Source: Chiloscyllium plagiosum (lineage: Eukaryota). From it: DNA of 64,000 nucleotides. A program made the translations under genes and the position numbers. Positions 1-11,682 of this stretch are shown in pieces (the stretch's first letter is position 1; the number at the start of each line of letters is the position of its first letter). The notes below the pieces were generated by a model. It searched no databases and was not told where the DNA came from. It saw nothing but the letters and a program-made list of their open reading frames with translations. The stretch spans positions 27,628,180 through 27,692,179 of the forward strand of contig NC_057748.1 of the NCBI RefSeq assembly GCF_004010195.1. Reading direction: 5' to 3'.

Positions 1-1025
1 CACCAATCCCTTAGCCACGTGTTTACTTCCCTAATTTTCTTATCCCTATGCCAATTGGCACGTGGCTCGGCAGTAATCCGGAGATTATGACCCTTGAGGA
101 CCTGTGCTTCAATTTCCTTCCTAGTGCTCGATAATCCCCAAACAGGCCCTCCACCCTAGCTTTGCCTATGTTGTTAGTCCCAACGTGGATCACAACAACT
201 GGATCCTCCCCCTCCCGCTCCAATATCCTTTCAAGCTAGTCGGAGATGTCCCGCACCCTGGCAACACACCATGCGAGACTCCTGATCCGGCTTGCAAAGG
301 ATACTATCTGTCCCCCTAATTGTAGAATCCCCTACAACAACTACTTGTCTTTTTGCTCCCCCCTCTTGAATGGCCTTCTGCACCATGGTGCTGTGGTCAG
401 TTGGCTCATCCTGTCCAGAGCCCTTTTCCTCATCCGTACAGGGAGCAAGAATCTCATACCTGTTGGACAAGGTCAAGGGCTGAGGCTCCTGCACTCCTGA
501 ACTCAAATTCCCACTGCCTGCCTCACTTACAGTCACACTCTGATGTCCCTGATCACTAACTGAATGTGAATTACTTAATCTCCCAGGTGTGACTGCCTCC
601 TGAAACAAGGCATCCAGGTAACCCTCCCCCTCCCGGATGCGCCGCAGTGTTTGAAGCTCAGATTCCAGATCATCAACTCTGAGCCGGAGTTCTTCCAGCA
701 ACCAACACTTGCTGATATATGTGGTCACTGCTTTCCTTCCCGGCTGCCCCTCCGGTCCTCATCACTTCCTCCACTGCTCCCGCTCCTTCTCCGCTGCTGT
801 TCGCACTTAAAATGGCCGTTGGCGTCGAAGGGTGAGTATTTATACTCACTGCTTACCTTCCCGGCTACCCCTCTGGTCCCCGTCACTTCCTCCGCTGCTC
901 CCGTTCCTTCTGTGAAAGAGAAAAACACCGCTGCCCGCTACCGGTAAGTAATTTTAATAAAAACAGCCTTACCTTAGCTGCAGTCTTCCGATTTCGTCCT
1001 ACCTCCGCTGCTGCTCGCACTTAAA
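1..1025 (-). mobile_element. CR1 LINE 5' end: 5'UTR and disrupted ORF1 with coiled coil and SGNH/GDSL esterase domain
   Basis: LRLRVDDLESELQTLRRIRE, VVVVGDSTIRG and VVVIHVGTNNIG are typical CR1 ORF1 esterase motifs. The element continues beyond the window start. Confidence 0.85.
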
Positions 1026-2700
1026 AACACCCACATCACTCGCATCGATAGCCTTGAATGGCTCTGTGTCATTTGATTAACACAGCTTTCAGGCTGTCAG
1101 ATGTCTTCTGACAGTCCCCAGTCCACTGAACATAGAACATAGAACAGCACAGCACAGTACAGGCCCTTCAGTCCTCAATGTTGTGCCAACCTTTTATCCT
1201 ACTCGAAGATCAAACTAACTTACATGCCCTTTATTTCACTATCATCCATGTGCCTATCCAAGATTCGTTTAAATGTCCCTTTCTGAAACTTTCTACGCTT
1301 TTTCAATAAGTCAGTCAGTGGAGCAACCACACTGCTAAAATTTGGTATGAACTGCTGATGAAAAATCACTCTATCCCAGGAATCGTAGTACTGCCTGTTT
1401 TTTCTGATGGTATGGGAAACTCCCCAATAATCTGCCAATGTCAAATGTCATGGCCTAGGAATGTCAATTCACTCTTAACCAGGTTTGTCACCAAGCCTGT
1501 CGCCCAAAATCAATCAAACAATTCCAACAGATGCTGCAAATATTCCTTCCATGTCTGACTCAAAATCACCATGTCGTCGATGTACACCACACAATTGGCA
1601 AATCAAGAACAGATGTTCTTGGCTTGTCTTTGAAATGTGGCTGGCACAATTTGCATACCAAATGAAATGACTTTAAATTGGTACAGTCGCAAAAGCTGAA
1701 ATTGTCCTCACTCTTTCGAATAAAGGTACTTGTGAGCATCCTATAAGTAAGTCCAACTTTGAAATGTAAGTTGCTTATCGCGCCTTCTCAATATCGTCTT
1801 TTGAACTTGGATTAGAATATGAATCAGATTTTGTAACTACACTGACTTTGCAATAGTCCGCACATATTCATTGGTACCATCTGGTTTTGGCGCTATTAAT
1901 ATGGGTGAGCTACAGTCACTGCAACTCACTTTGATTATGTTGTCTTTGAGCATGCGTTCAATATCTTTTTGAACCTGTGCCAAATTTAGGTTGCTATGTC
2001 AAAATGGATGTTACTTAATTGGAACAGCATTTCCTATACCTATACCATGTGTGATTAGATTAGTAGTTCCCAGTTTATTTCCACATACCTCCTCATGTGA
2101 TGCTAATAACTCTTTCAGGTCTTTTCAAGCTTCCTCTGGATGTTAATTCAATAACTTTCCCCAATTATGAGAACTTCCTCGTTGTCCAATTTAAATTGAG
2201 GGATGTACGATTGAGAATCATTAGAATTTTGTTCTTCACCCTGTACTGTACCAGTCACACATTCTCCTTTTGCTTTCCTCCCCTATCCAAATACCTTTTC
2301 AGCATACTCACATGACATGCTTTGTGAGATTTCTTTATATCAGATGTTCTTACCAAATAATTCACCTCACTTAATTTCTTTTTAATTCAATAAGCCCCAC
2401 TAAACCTGACTTTTAAATGTTCACCTACCACTGGAAGTAACACTAACACTTTATCTCAGTTAACAAAATGCACATTTTTGATATTCTTGTCAGTTTCCTG
2501 TTTCATCACATGCTGTGCTATTTTAAATGCTGTCTAGCAAACTCACCAACTGTATTTAACTTTCCTCTAAAATTTGATCTATTTTTAACCCCTTTATCCA
2601 TCTATCGAAGTTACTTTAAAACTCAAAGTATATTGGGACAGGTTCCCTCCTTAGATTCCCGAAACATTGTCGGCAGCTTCTGGTACTAACTCATATGCAC
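1026..2700 (-). mobile_element. Decayed Gypsy (Gmr1-like) LTR retrotransposon pol fragment
   Basis: The minus strand reads integrase C-terminus (DKVLVLLPVVGEHLKVRFSGAY...VNYLV...CHVSMLKRY, about 2460-2285), then RT (SDCSSPILIAPKPDG about 1920; FIPNFSSVVAPLTDLLKK about 1350), then RNase H (QWTGDCQK, IDASDVGV about 1030-1125). Confidence 0.8.
1128..1282 (-). mobile_element. CR1 3' fragment nested in the Gypsy relic
   Basis: Reverse complement of the CR1 (TTCTATG)n tail and GTFKRILDRHMD, splitting the Gypsy FQ|WT sequence. Confidence 0.75.
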
Positions 2701-2778
2701 TTAAGATGCCTCAGGGATGTAGTAGGGGCCTGATAGATGAGACTCAATGACGTGCTGTTGGTTTGTGTTCACCCCCAG

Positions 2779-2931
2779 GTGGAAGTTCTACTGCTGCGGC
2801 AAGTACACAGTGTGCTATGCCAACTGTGCATGGACTGACTATGTGAATGAGTCCAAAGAGTACTTCAGCTGGCTCGTCCCAAAGGGTTTTTATCTGGTGG
2901 GCGCTGTACGTTACCATGACAGTAATAGCAA
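2779..2931 (+). CDS. Dermatopontin / hemagglutinin-amebocyte aggregation factor (HAAF)-like gene, penultimate exon, intact
   Basis: Acceptor acccccag, 153-nt phase2-phase2 exon (R)WKFYCCGKYTVCYANCAWTDYVNESKEYFSWLVPKGFYLVGAVRYHDSNS, donor gtatgt. Matches the family motifs W-x-F-x-CC, C-x-W-T-x-Y-V-N and G-x-x-x-YH. Upstream exons are not in the window. Confidence 0.85.
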
Positions 2932-3813
2932 GTATGTAATACTCCCTCCCCCTCGTTGCAATTCTTTTGACTCAACTGTACACATTCACCTCCCCTCTAT
3001 CCTTCCAAATGCGCCCAATCTTTCTTTTCTTCCCACCCATCACTATACAATACTCTCACACTGGACATGGGCAAGCTATTCAACTGTGGGCTCCATTATG
3101 ATGTGACCCGAATCTGCTCTCTCTGCTCTTTGTACCTTATTGTTATGATGTGCTATGGTTATGGAGACAGAACCGAATTAGCCTTTGTATCTGCATATTC
3201 ACAATACAATAAAATTAAAACCTTAAAAGACCCTCAAAATTGACCCCAATCCGTCCTAATCAGATCTTTTTTGAATACCAATCTCAGACTTGGTGAATAA
3301 TCAATTCTTGACACCAGTTTGTATCTTAAATAAAAGAATTAGGAATTTATTCACAATATGCCAACTTTCGTCAAGCAAGATTGAGCATGAAATAATTGAG
3401 TTGAAAACCTTGTGTATTCAGTGCCATTCATGGAATAAAGAATGAATACAGTTAAGGGCTAAACAATAATAAAATAAATCTGGCCACATTACTTAAATGG
3501 TTTTCATTGTGCATTATTCCACAGGCAGATGATGATAATTTCTTGGTTGACTTTATGAAAGCTTCCATCAGCGTTGCTTTTATGGTTCACTCAGATAAAG
3601 GCAGTAATGTCTATAATTTTGTTTTCCATTCTCTGAACTTCCTAAATCTGATAAAGGAGGTTAAACAGAGAACCTACAAATCATCATGCTGTATCATCAA
3701 TAGCAATGATTCCTTTTGTTCACAGAAGAGACAGTCTAAAACCCAATTCAAACTCTGACCACTTCCTGAAAAACTAACCATCTCCTCTACAAGGACCCTG
3801 TTACTATTCAACA

Positions 3814-4039
3814 GCTGAAAATGTGTTGCTGGAAAAGCGCAGCAGGTCAGGCAGCATCCAGGGAACAGGAGAATCGACGTTTCGGGCATAAGCTCTTCTT
3901 CAGGAATCCTTCCTGAAGAGGGGCTTATGCCCGAAACATCGATTCTCCTGTTCCCTGGATGCTGCCTGACCTGCTGCGCTTTTCCAGCAACACATTTTCA
4001 GCTCTGATCTCCAGCATCTGCAGACCTCACTTTCTCCTC
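3814..4039. mobile_element. Palindromic Penelope-like element terminus insertion
   Basis: About 94-bp inverted arms (3813-3906 / 3910-4003) plus a tail. TSD ACTATTCAACA at 3803 and 4040. Same family as the 3' end of the GIY-YIG element at 58350-58907. Confidence 0.8.
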
Positions 4040-4487
4040 ACTATTCAACAGCCGCCAACTGCTTGAGCAGAATGTCTTTTCCAGACATGCTGGAATCAGT
4101 GACCAGGTATTGACCTATTAATGGTCTTTTTTTTTCAGGTATTGAACCCATTAATGGCCAATTTCTGCTCTCTGTTTAAGCACAATGCTCTTCCCTGGTG
4201 ACGAAGCAAGTACAGAACCTAATGATCAGGAACCAAACTGCAATTAGCTTCCAGCCCTGGCCTCACAAATACACGAAAGCTTATTTGGTCTGTTTTCCTT
4301 TCAACACAAGTTGTTACCAGCAATCCAAAAGTTATCTTTACTCACAGTTCACTGCCCCAAACCAAAATTGATAAAACACTTAAAATAAAAATGATGAAAT
4401 ATCAGTGAAGGTTCAAACAGATGGAGATTTCTTTAATGTTCCTTCAGTGTATGAAATGCCCCCTGACGTTTTTGATTTCTCTTACAG

Positions 4488-4548
4488 CAAACGACGTTGG
4501 CAGTACCGATACTGTGCGATGTTCCCCACTGTTCTGCCTACCTTATGA
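4488..4548 (+). CDS. HAAF/dermatopontin-like terminal exon
   Basis: Acceptor tttctcttacag, in phase with the previous exon: (N)KRRWQYRYCAMFPTVLPTL* (DRxW-x-Y-x-x-C-type motif). AATAAA at 4572-4577. Confidence 0.82.
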
Positions 4549-5934
4549 TTGCTTCATGAGGCCAAAGTTGCAATAAAGAGATTGATGAGTCCACTGTAGC
4601 TGGCGAGTCCCATTTTGATTCATCCCCATCTCCTCTATCAATGGCACCTAGCAGGCGTTGACGGGATTTGCTTCGGACCAGGAGAGGTGGTGCTTGACAG
4701 GGTTGGGGGATGCTTGACCGAAGACAGGATGGGGATAGGCCATTTTGGGGGGGGGGGGGGGGGGGTCTGATATCGGTGGGAGATCAGCAGTTCGAGATAG
4801 TTGCTGTGGAGAAGTTCCAAGAGTTATCAGGTCTACCTTGGTACCAAAATGCAACAGTCTGCAACTAATGACTGGTGGATTGTATCCAACAGTACATCCC
4901 TTTGTCTTTCATCAATAGACAGGATACTGACCTAATTCAGTGGATGTGTGCAAAACACAGAACAGGATATCTAACATCAGATATCATTCCAGAGTTGGAC
5001 AGAACTGGATCAATAATCCCAAATGAACTGTGAGCAGCCAACTTAGGGTTATCAGTTGGACTTGCAAAGTGGTTCACTTATGCATGCTAGCTCCACACTT
5101 GGACATAGGAAGCGATCTGTCCTCTGTAGCCAGAAGGAACATCTTTGTCTACTCTTGAACCAGCAAATATTGCCTCTTATTCGCTCCCCACAGAAGGGCA
5201 GGTGAGGGCGATTGTATTAACGTCCAGGCTTTGGACATGGTTGGAAATTAAACTTAAGCACGGGGTGGGTGTGGGGGCGGGAAATCTTGTGCGGTGGAAA
5301 TAAAATCCTGGTGAATTCTCCATAGTAATGTCAGGCAAACAGAGCTGACAGACATCCAAGCATCCCCCTTTCTCCTGTGATATAAATTATTGCTCCCTTT
5401 TAAATGTGGTATTGTGTTGTGTTCTGGTGAATGCAAGATGAGAGTATTTGATAGCTTCACTAAGACACTGCATTATATTGGATATAAGGCACAATGAGAC
5501 CATTCAGCCCATAAGAGACCACGCCAGTGCTGAGGCTCCAGGCGAGCCTCCTGTCATAGTTTCTCGTTTATATATATCATTGTGGCCCTCTATTCCCACG
5601 CCTATCCCACTTGTCTATATTCCACACAAATGCATCAATACTATTCACTTCATTACCATCCACTCTCTTTGGGACCATGTTCCACATTCTCACCACTCTT
5701 TGAGTAAATTGATTCCAAAGGGATAGGAGGAGATCGTTTAGCCCCTCAAACCTCTTCCAACCTTCAATATAAGATTGAGTTGGAGTTGAGTTTCAACTCC
5801 CTCAAACCCCACATGTATGTTTCCTGAAATGTTTAATCTCCGTACCCAACACAATCCGTGCAATGAGTTGGGCTAGGGTGACGGCTGGGGAAATAATGGT
5901 GCTTGAACAGATTTATAAATACTGTGCCTTCCAG

Positions 5935-6510
5935 ACCAGGACAGAAGCTGGAAATTCTGCAGCGGGTAACTCAGCTCCTGACTCTTCAAAGCCTGCCCAC
6001 CATCAATAAGGCACAAGTCAGGAGTGTAATGGAATATATCCTAAATTACTTGTTGGGTACAGTCCAACAGAACACGACACCACCCAGGATAAAGCAGCCA
6101 GCTTTCGTGGCACTGCAATACCAAATATCCATTCACTCCACCACCAACACTTAGTAGCAGCAGTGTATACCACTGCAGCAACTCAGCAAGGATACTTAGA
6201 CAGCACTGTCCAATCCTACAACCTCTAAAGGAGACCTAAAAGGACAAGGGCGGCAGTGAGTTCCCCTGAAAGTTCCCCTCCAAGCTACACACTCTAAACC
6301 TGGAAATCTAGCTGTCAATCCTTCAATGTGGCTGTGTCAAAATCCTGAAATGATCTCGCTAACTGCACTGTCGATGTCCCTATACTACCCAGGGATTGTG
6401 GCAGTTCAGGAAAGTGCCTCACCACAATGGTCTCAAGGGGGAGCTATCATTAGTTGATAAAAGATCGCCCAGACACCCCTGAACGCCCACATCCCCTGCA
6501 AGAATAATGC
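5935..6510 (+). mobile_element. Old LINE (CR1/L2 group) 3' fragment, part of the duplicated unit
   Basis: QKLEILQRVTQLLTLQSLPTINKAQVRSVMEY resembles a LINE RT C-terminus. Homologs at about 19220-19670 and 44330-44910. Confidence 0.65.
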
Positions 6511-7099
6511 AAAGTAAAAAGTATGGGGTTTGTGGAAGCTTGCTGTGCACAGATAGGCTGCCACGTTAGCGTCATCACAAAGTGACCACACTACTAAAAG
6601 CAATTCATTGGCTGTAAAACACGCTGCGACATGCTGAAGTTGTGAAGGGTGCTATATGAATGCAACTTTCTCACTTGTTCTGAGTGAGCAGCCTGCAACT
6701 CATCAGGCATGACATCTTGCGAGATGAACTGAAAGTCAGAGGGGGGCAAAGAAAGTGCAGCTGACAGTTTCTGACCAACACTGATTGAGCGGTTCTTCAT
6801 TTTTAAGTCACAAACGAAATTGGGTTCTGATAAATGCAGCCCCTGGCGAGGGCACAGAGGGCGATTTACTAGACTGGAACCATGGATGAGGGGCTTCAGT
6901 TTAAATTTCACCCTCGCCCTCCTCGCTCCAGAAACCATTCACAGAGTAAATTTGCACATTTCAATTTCCTTCAATGTACACAGATGGCTTACGCATTCTT
7001 TAGTAAGAGGCCATTAGGTCTCAGAAGAGAAAGCACACACAATTTCTCTGGAGCTTTTCAGTGCATTAAAAGCACTTTGCATCAATTGAAGACTTCTTG

Positions 7100-8215
7100 A
7101 AGGAAGGTATAGAGATAGGGAGAGATGAATGGACTTGGGTAGGTGAAAGAGGTAGTGAGGGATGAAGGTGCTAGAGGAGGTAACAGATTGGGAAGGTTGG
7201 AGAGGCTGGCAGATTAGATTACTTACAGTGTGGAAACAGGCCCTTCGGCCCAACAAGTTTACAGTGACCCGCCAAAGTGCAACCCACCCAGATCCCGACA
7301 TTTACCCCTTCACCTCACACTACAGGCATTTTAGCATGGCTAATTCACCTGTCTTTGGACTGTGGGAGGAAACCGACGCAGACACGGGGAGAATGTGCAA
7401 ACTCCACACAGTCAGTCGCCTGTGGCGGGAATTGAACCCGGGTCTCTGGTGCTGTGAGGCAGCAGTGCTAACCCCACTATGCCACCGCGCCGCCCACCAG
7501 GTTATAGACAAATGGTGCAGTGTAACCATTTGAATAGGTTACAGAGATAGGGAGGGATGTTGGAACTGGAGAAAGTTTCAGAGATAAAGAGAGACAAAGG
7601 GCCTGAAGAGGGTTTCAGAGATATTGAGGCGTTTGGGCGTGTAGGAGGTAATGGAGATAGGAAGTGGTGCAGAAACGTGAGGAGGTGATAGTGTTAAGGA
7701 AGGTTGTAGAGGCTGGTTATAGAGATAGTGAGGAATGTAAGGGCTTGAGATGGCTACAGAATGACAAATGGGGCTAGGGGCTTGTTGAGGTGACAGCAAT
7801 AATGGAATGTGCAGAGATATTGAGGCATGTAGGACCTGGAGGAGGTAACAGAAGTAGGGAGTGGTGTAGAAGCTTGAGGAGGTGGTAGCAATAAGGAAGG
7901 ACTTAGTGGCTGGGGGAGCTTAGAGAGAAAGTGAAGCGTGTAAGGGATTGAGGTGGTTACAGAATGACGAAAAGGTCTCGTGGCTTGCTGAGGTGACAGC
8001 AACAGGGGAATATGCAGTGACTGATAAGGTTACAGTGATAGAGAGGCGCATAGGAGCTGGAGAATGTTACAGAGACAAAGAGACATGCAGGAGATGGAGA
8101 CTTGTAAAGAGATAGGAAGGGGTACAGGTGCTGGATGAGTGAAAACTGCTGTGGGATCTGGTGTGGGGCTGGAGTGATGGGGAACAGGACTGAAATGGAT
8201 AATGAGAAAGTCCAG
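7100..8215 (+). repeat. Degenerate purine-rich minisatellite (unit A)
   Basis: Repeated approximately 35-nt motif like ctggaggaggttacagagatagggagtggtgtaggg. Confidence 0.75.
7211..7499 (-). mobile_element. tRNA-derived shark SINE (HE1-like)
   Basis: The reverse complement has A- and B-box motifs (GGTTCAATTCC) and a (TCTAA)n tail. Near-identical to 17289-17598. Confidence 0.85.
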
Positions 8216-9679
8216 AGGATGATCGGCAGATGCCCACGTAGTTTGTAAGTGACCCCAGTCTATCATGGGTCTGTTTGTGTAAACGTGTGACGTGTCTGAG
8301 AAGGTGAGGGTTTGATGGAGCCTCTACACTTGACCATCTGCATGTGGGTGAAGCCACAGCCGCCTGGGTGATGGTTTGGGACCGATGACTGATGCTGCTG
8401 TTGCTGATTGCTCAGTGATCAGAGAGGTTTCAGTTCCTCTGCTGGCATGACCTTCCCCTTCCCCTCAATCTGGAGCAAATGACCGCACCACCTACAGCCC
8501 CTTCATAAACAGGCCAAAGCTAGCATAGCCTCGACTCTCGGGAGCTAAAATGAGGCACTTGAAACGCCACCCAGGTCCCCCATGCACTGCATTGAACTCA
8601 GATGCAGAGGCTGACTTGAAACCGGCTCTTTGATCATATGAATCACCACTGGGGTGGCTTCAATCAAACTGCTAAAGGATTGTTGTGATACAGCAGCTTT
8701 CAAAGCAACACGCCTTAAAATAAAATCGAAGACTCCCTCTCAGAAAGAGGAGGCCATTCAGCCCTTCCACCTTTCTTCACCACTCATCAAAACGAAGGAC
8801 AATTGTTTCACAACTCCAATTTCCTATCCCATATCCTTAGATTCACTTAGTGTACAAAGTCCTACACATTAGAGTCTTCCATAGGCATCGAGACTAACAT
8901 ACACTCACTAGGCTCTGAGCGAGAGAATTTTTCTTCATCTCAGTTCAAATTGGCTGCTCCTTATTCCAGCCTTTTCAGAAATATCCTGTTTTTCTGTGCT
9001 GCCAACCGTAGCATACAGCTCCACGTTTTCCCACATCAAAGTCGGTGTACCAATTCCTTCCCAAATTACTTGTGCAGTCTATATCCCGTCTCAGCCTTGC
9101 TATTCCACCTCAAAGTCTAATCTCCCAAAGAGATTTGTATGTTCGTCCCATCCTTCTGCAGAGCTCTCTTCCCTGATAGTTGTACCCTTACACACTTAGA
9201 ATCATTGCAATGAAGAGGCCAGCAGTGCATCTCCTTTGCCAAGGCCTATGACTCAATGTTGGGCTGTGAATACATTTTTTGAAAGGGATGTGATTAAAGT
9301 TTTGAAAATAATTGGAGAGATCAAACAAAACTTAATGTCGCAGAGTCATAAACATCTTCAACACTGAAAAAAGGCCTTTCAGCCTATCAAGTCTGTGCTG
9401 GTCAAATATAATCCCCTAATTCACCTAATCCCATTTTCTAGCACTCGTGCAATGAAATATTTCTTCAATGATATGTGGGTTTCTGCCTCTACTACCCTTA
9501 CAGGCAGTGTGTTCCACATGCCAACCACCCTGTGAATGAAAATAATTTTCCTCACATGTTCTCGAAACGACCTGCTCCTAACCTTAAATCTATGCACCCG
9601 GTCAGCATGAACGAGTTGAGTTGAAGGATCTGGGTTTGTTTGCTATGGGCCTGTATGACTCTGTGTCTCTGCTACACCA

Positions 9680-11682
9680 AGGTAAGGTGGCTGAAGCCAG
9701 GATCTAGCACAGCTTTAGAGGATTACGGGCTTGCTAGAAAGGAGCTCAGGAATGGACTGAGGGGAGCCAGGAGGGGGCACGAAAACGGCTTGGCAAGAAG
9801 GATTAGGGGGAACGCAAAGGCATTTTACTCACACGTTCGGAATAAGAGAATGATCAGGGAGAAGGTAGGGCCGATCAGGGATAACGGAGGGAACTTGTGC
9901 GTGCAGTCTGAGCATATAGGGGAGCCCTAAATCAGTTTCTTGCTTCCGTTTTCACCAAGGAAAGGGAACTTGTTGTAAACGAAAACTTAGAGGAGCTGGG
10001 ACACAGTCATGAGCAGATCAAGATTGATGAAGATGATGTGCTGGAAATCTTGGAAAACATTAGGATTGATAAGTCCCCAGAGCCAGATCAGATTCATCTT
10101 AGGCTGCTCCAGGAAGCGAGAAAGGATGTTGCTAAGCCGATGGCGAGGATATTTGCCTTCTCACTCTCCACATGAGTCGTATGGGAGGATTGAAAAGAGG
10201 TGAATATTGTTCCTCTTTTCAAGAAGGGTAATAGGGAAATCGCTGGCAATTACAGACCAGTCTGTCTTACGTCTGTGGTCAGCAAGGTTTTGGAAAGAAA
10301 TTCTGAGGGATAGGATTTATGGCAATTTGGCAAAGCGTAGTGTGATTAAAGGCAGTCAGCATGGCTTTGTGAGGGGCAGGTCATGCCTCACAAATCTTAT
10401 TGAGTTCTTTGAGGAGGTGTCAAGACAGGTCGACGACGGTCGAGCAGTGGATGTGGTTTATATGGACTTCAGCAAGGCCTTTGATCGGGCTCCCCATGGT
10501 AGGCTCATTCATAAAGCCAGATATTTGGCTATCTGGATTCAGAATTGGCTGGCTGGAGATGGAAACTTCTGTAGATGGAAAGTATCCTGCCTGGAGGTCA
10601 GTGTTGAGTGGGGTCCCGCAGGGCTCTGTTCTTGGGGCCCTGCTCTTTGTAGTTTTTATAAATCATTTGAATGAGGAGGTTAAGGGGTGGGTTAGTAATT
10701 TTGCTGATGACATGAAGGTTGGAGGTGTCGACGATAGTTCAGAGGGCTACTGCAGGCTGCAGCACGACATAGATAGGATGCAGAGCTGGGCTGAGAAATG
10801 GCAGATGGAGTTCAACCTGGATAAATACGAAGTGATGCATTTTGGAAGGTTGAATGCGAATGTTGAATGTAGGATTAAAGACAGGATTCCTGGCAGTGTG
10901 GAGGAACAGAGGGATCTGGGTGTGCAGGTACACAGATCCCTCAAAGTTGCCACCCAAGTGGATAGGGTTGTTAAGAAAGCATATGGTGTTTTGGCTTTCA
11001 TTAATAGAGGGATTGGGTTTAAGAGCCGCGAGGATTTGCTGCAGCTCTACAAGTTCCTAGTGGGACCATACTTGGAATATTGTGTCCAGTTCTGGTCGTC
11101 CTACTTTAGGAAAGATACAGAGGCTTTGGAGAGGGTGCAAAGAAGGTTTACCAGGATGCTGCCTGGACTGGAAAGCTTACCTTATGAGGAAAGGTTGAAT
11201 AAGCTTGGACTTTTCTCTGTGGAGACCTGATCGAGGTGCACAAAATAATGAGAGGAATAGATATAGTCAATAGCCAGAGACTTTTCCCCAGGGCAGGATT
11301 GACTGGTACGAGAAGTCATAGTTTGAAAATATTAGGAGGAAGGTATAAAGGAGACGTCAGAGGTAGGTTCTTTACTCATGGAATGCGTTGCCAGCTGTAG
11401 TGGTGGAAGCAGAGTCATTGGGGACATTTAAGCGACTGCTGGACATGCACATGGATAGCAGTGAGTTGAGGGGTGCGTAGGTTAAGTCACTATATTTTAC
11501 ATTAGGATTAAAACTCGGCACAACATCGTGGGTGCTGAAAATGTGTTGCTGGAAAAGCGCAGCAGGTCAGGCAGCATCCAAGGAACAGGAGAATCGACGT
11601 TTCGGGCATAAGCCCTTCTTCAGGAACATCGTGGGCCAAAGGGCCTGTTCTGTGCTGGACTTTTCTATGTTCTATGTTCTAT
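9680..11682 (+). mobile_element. 5'-truncated CR1 LINE (ORF2 RT and 3' tail)
   Basis: QHGFVRGRSCLTNLIEFFEEV, VVYMDFSKAFD, GVPQGSVLG, FADD and LERVQRRFTRMLPGL. Ends in ttctatgttctatgttctat. Confidence 0.95.
11533..11624 (-). mobile_element. Short Penelope-like terminus nested in the CR1 3'UTR
   Basis: Same sequence as 3814-3905. TSD AACATCGTGGG at 11522 and 11625. Confidence 0.8.

Noticed and set aside
3500-4400. Coding exon or transposase within the HAAF-like last intron (repeated in all units)
   Set aside because: I found no consistently open frame or recognisable motif across copies by eye. It is treated as duplicated intron, though an ancient TE is not excluded.
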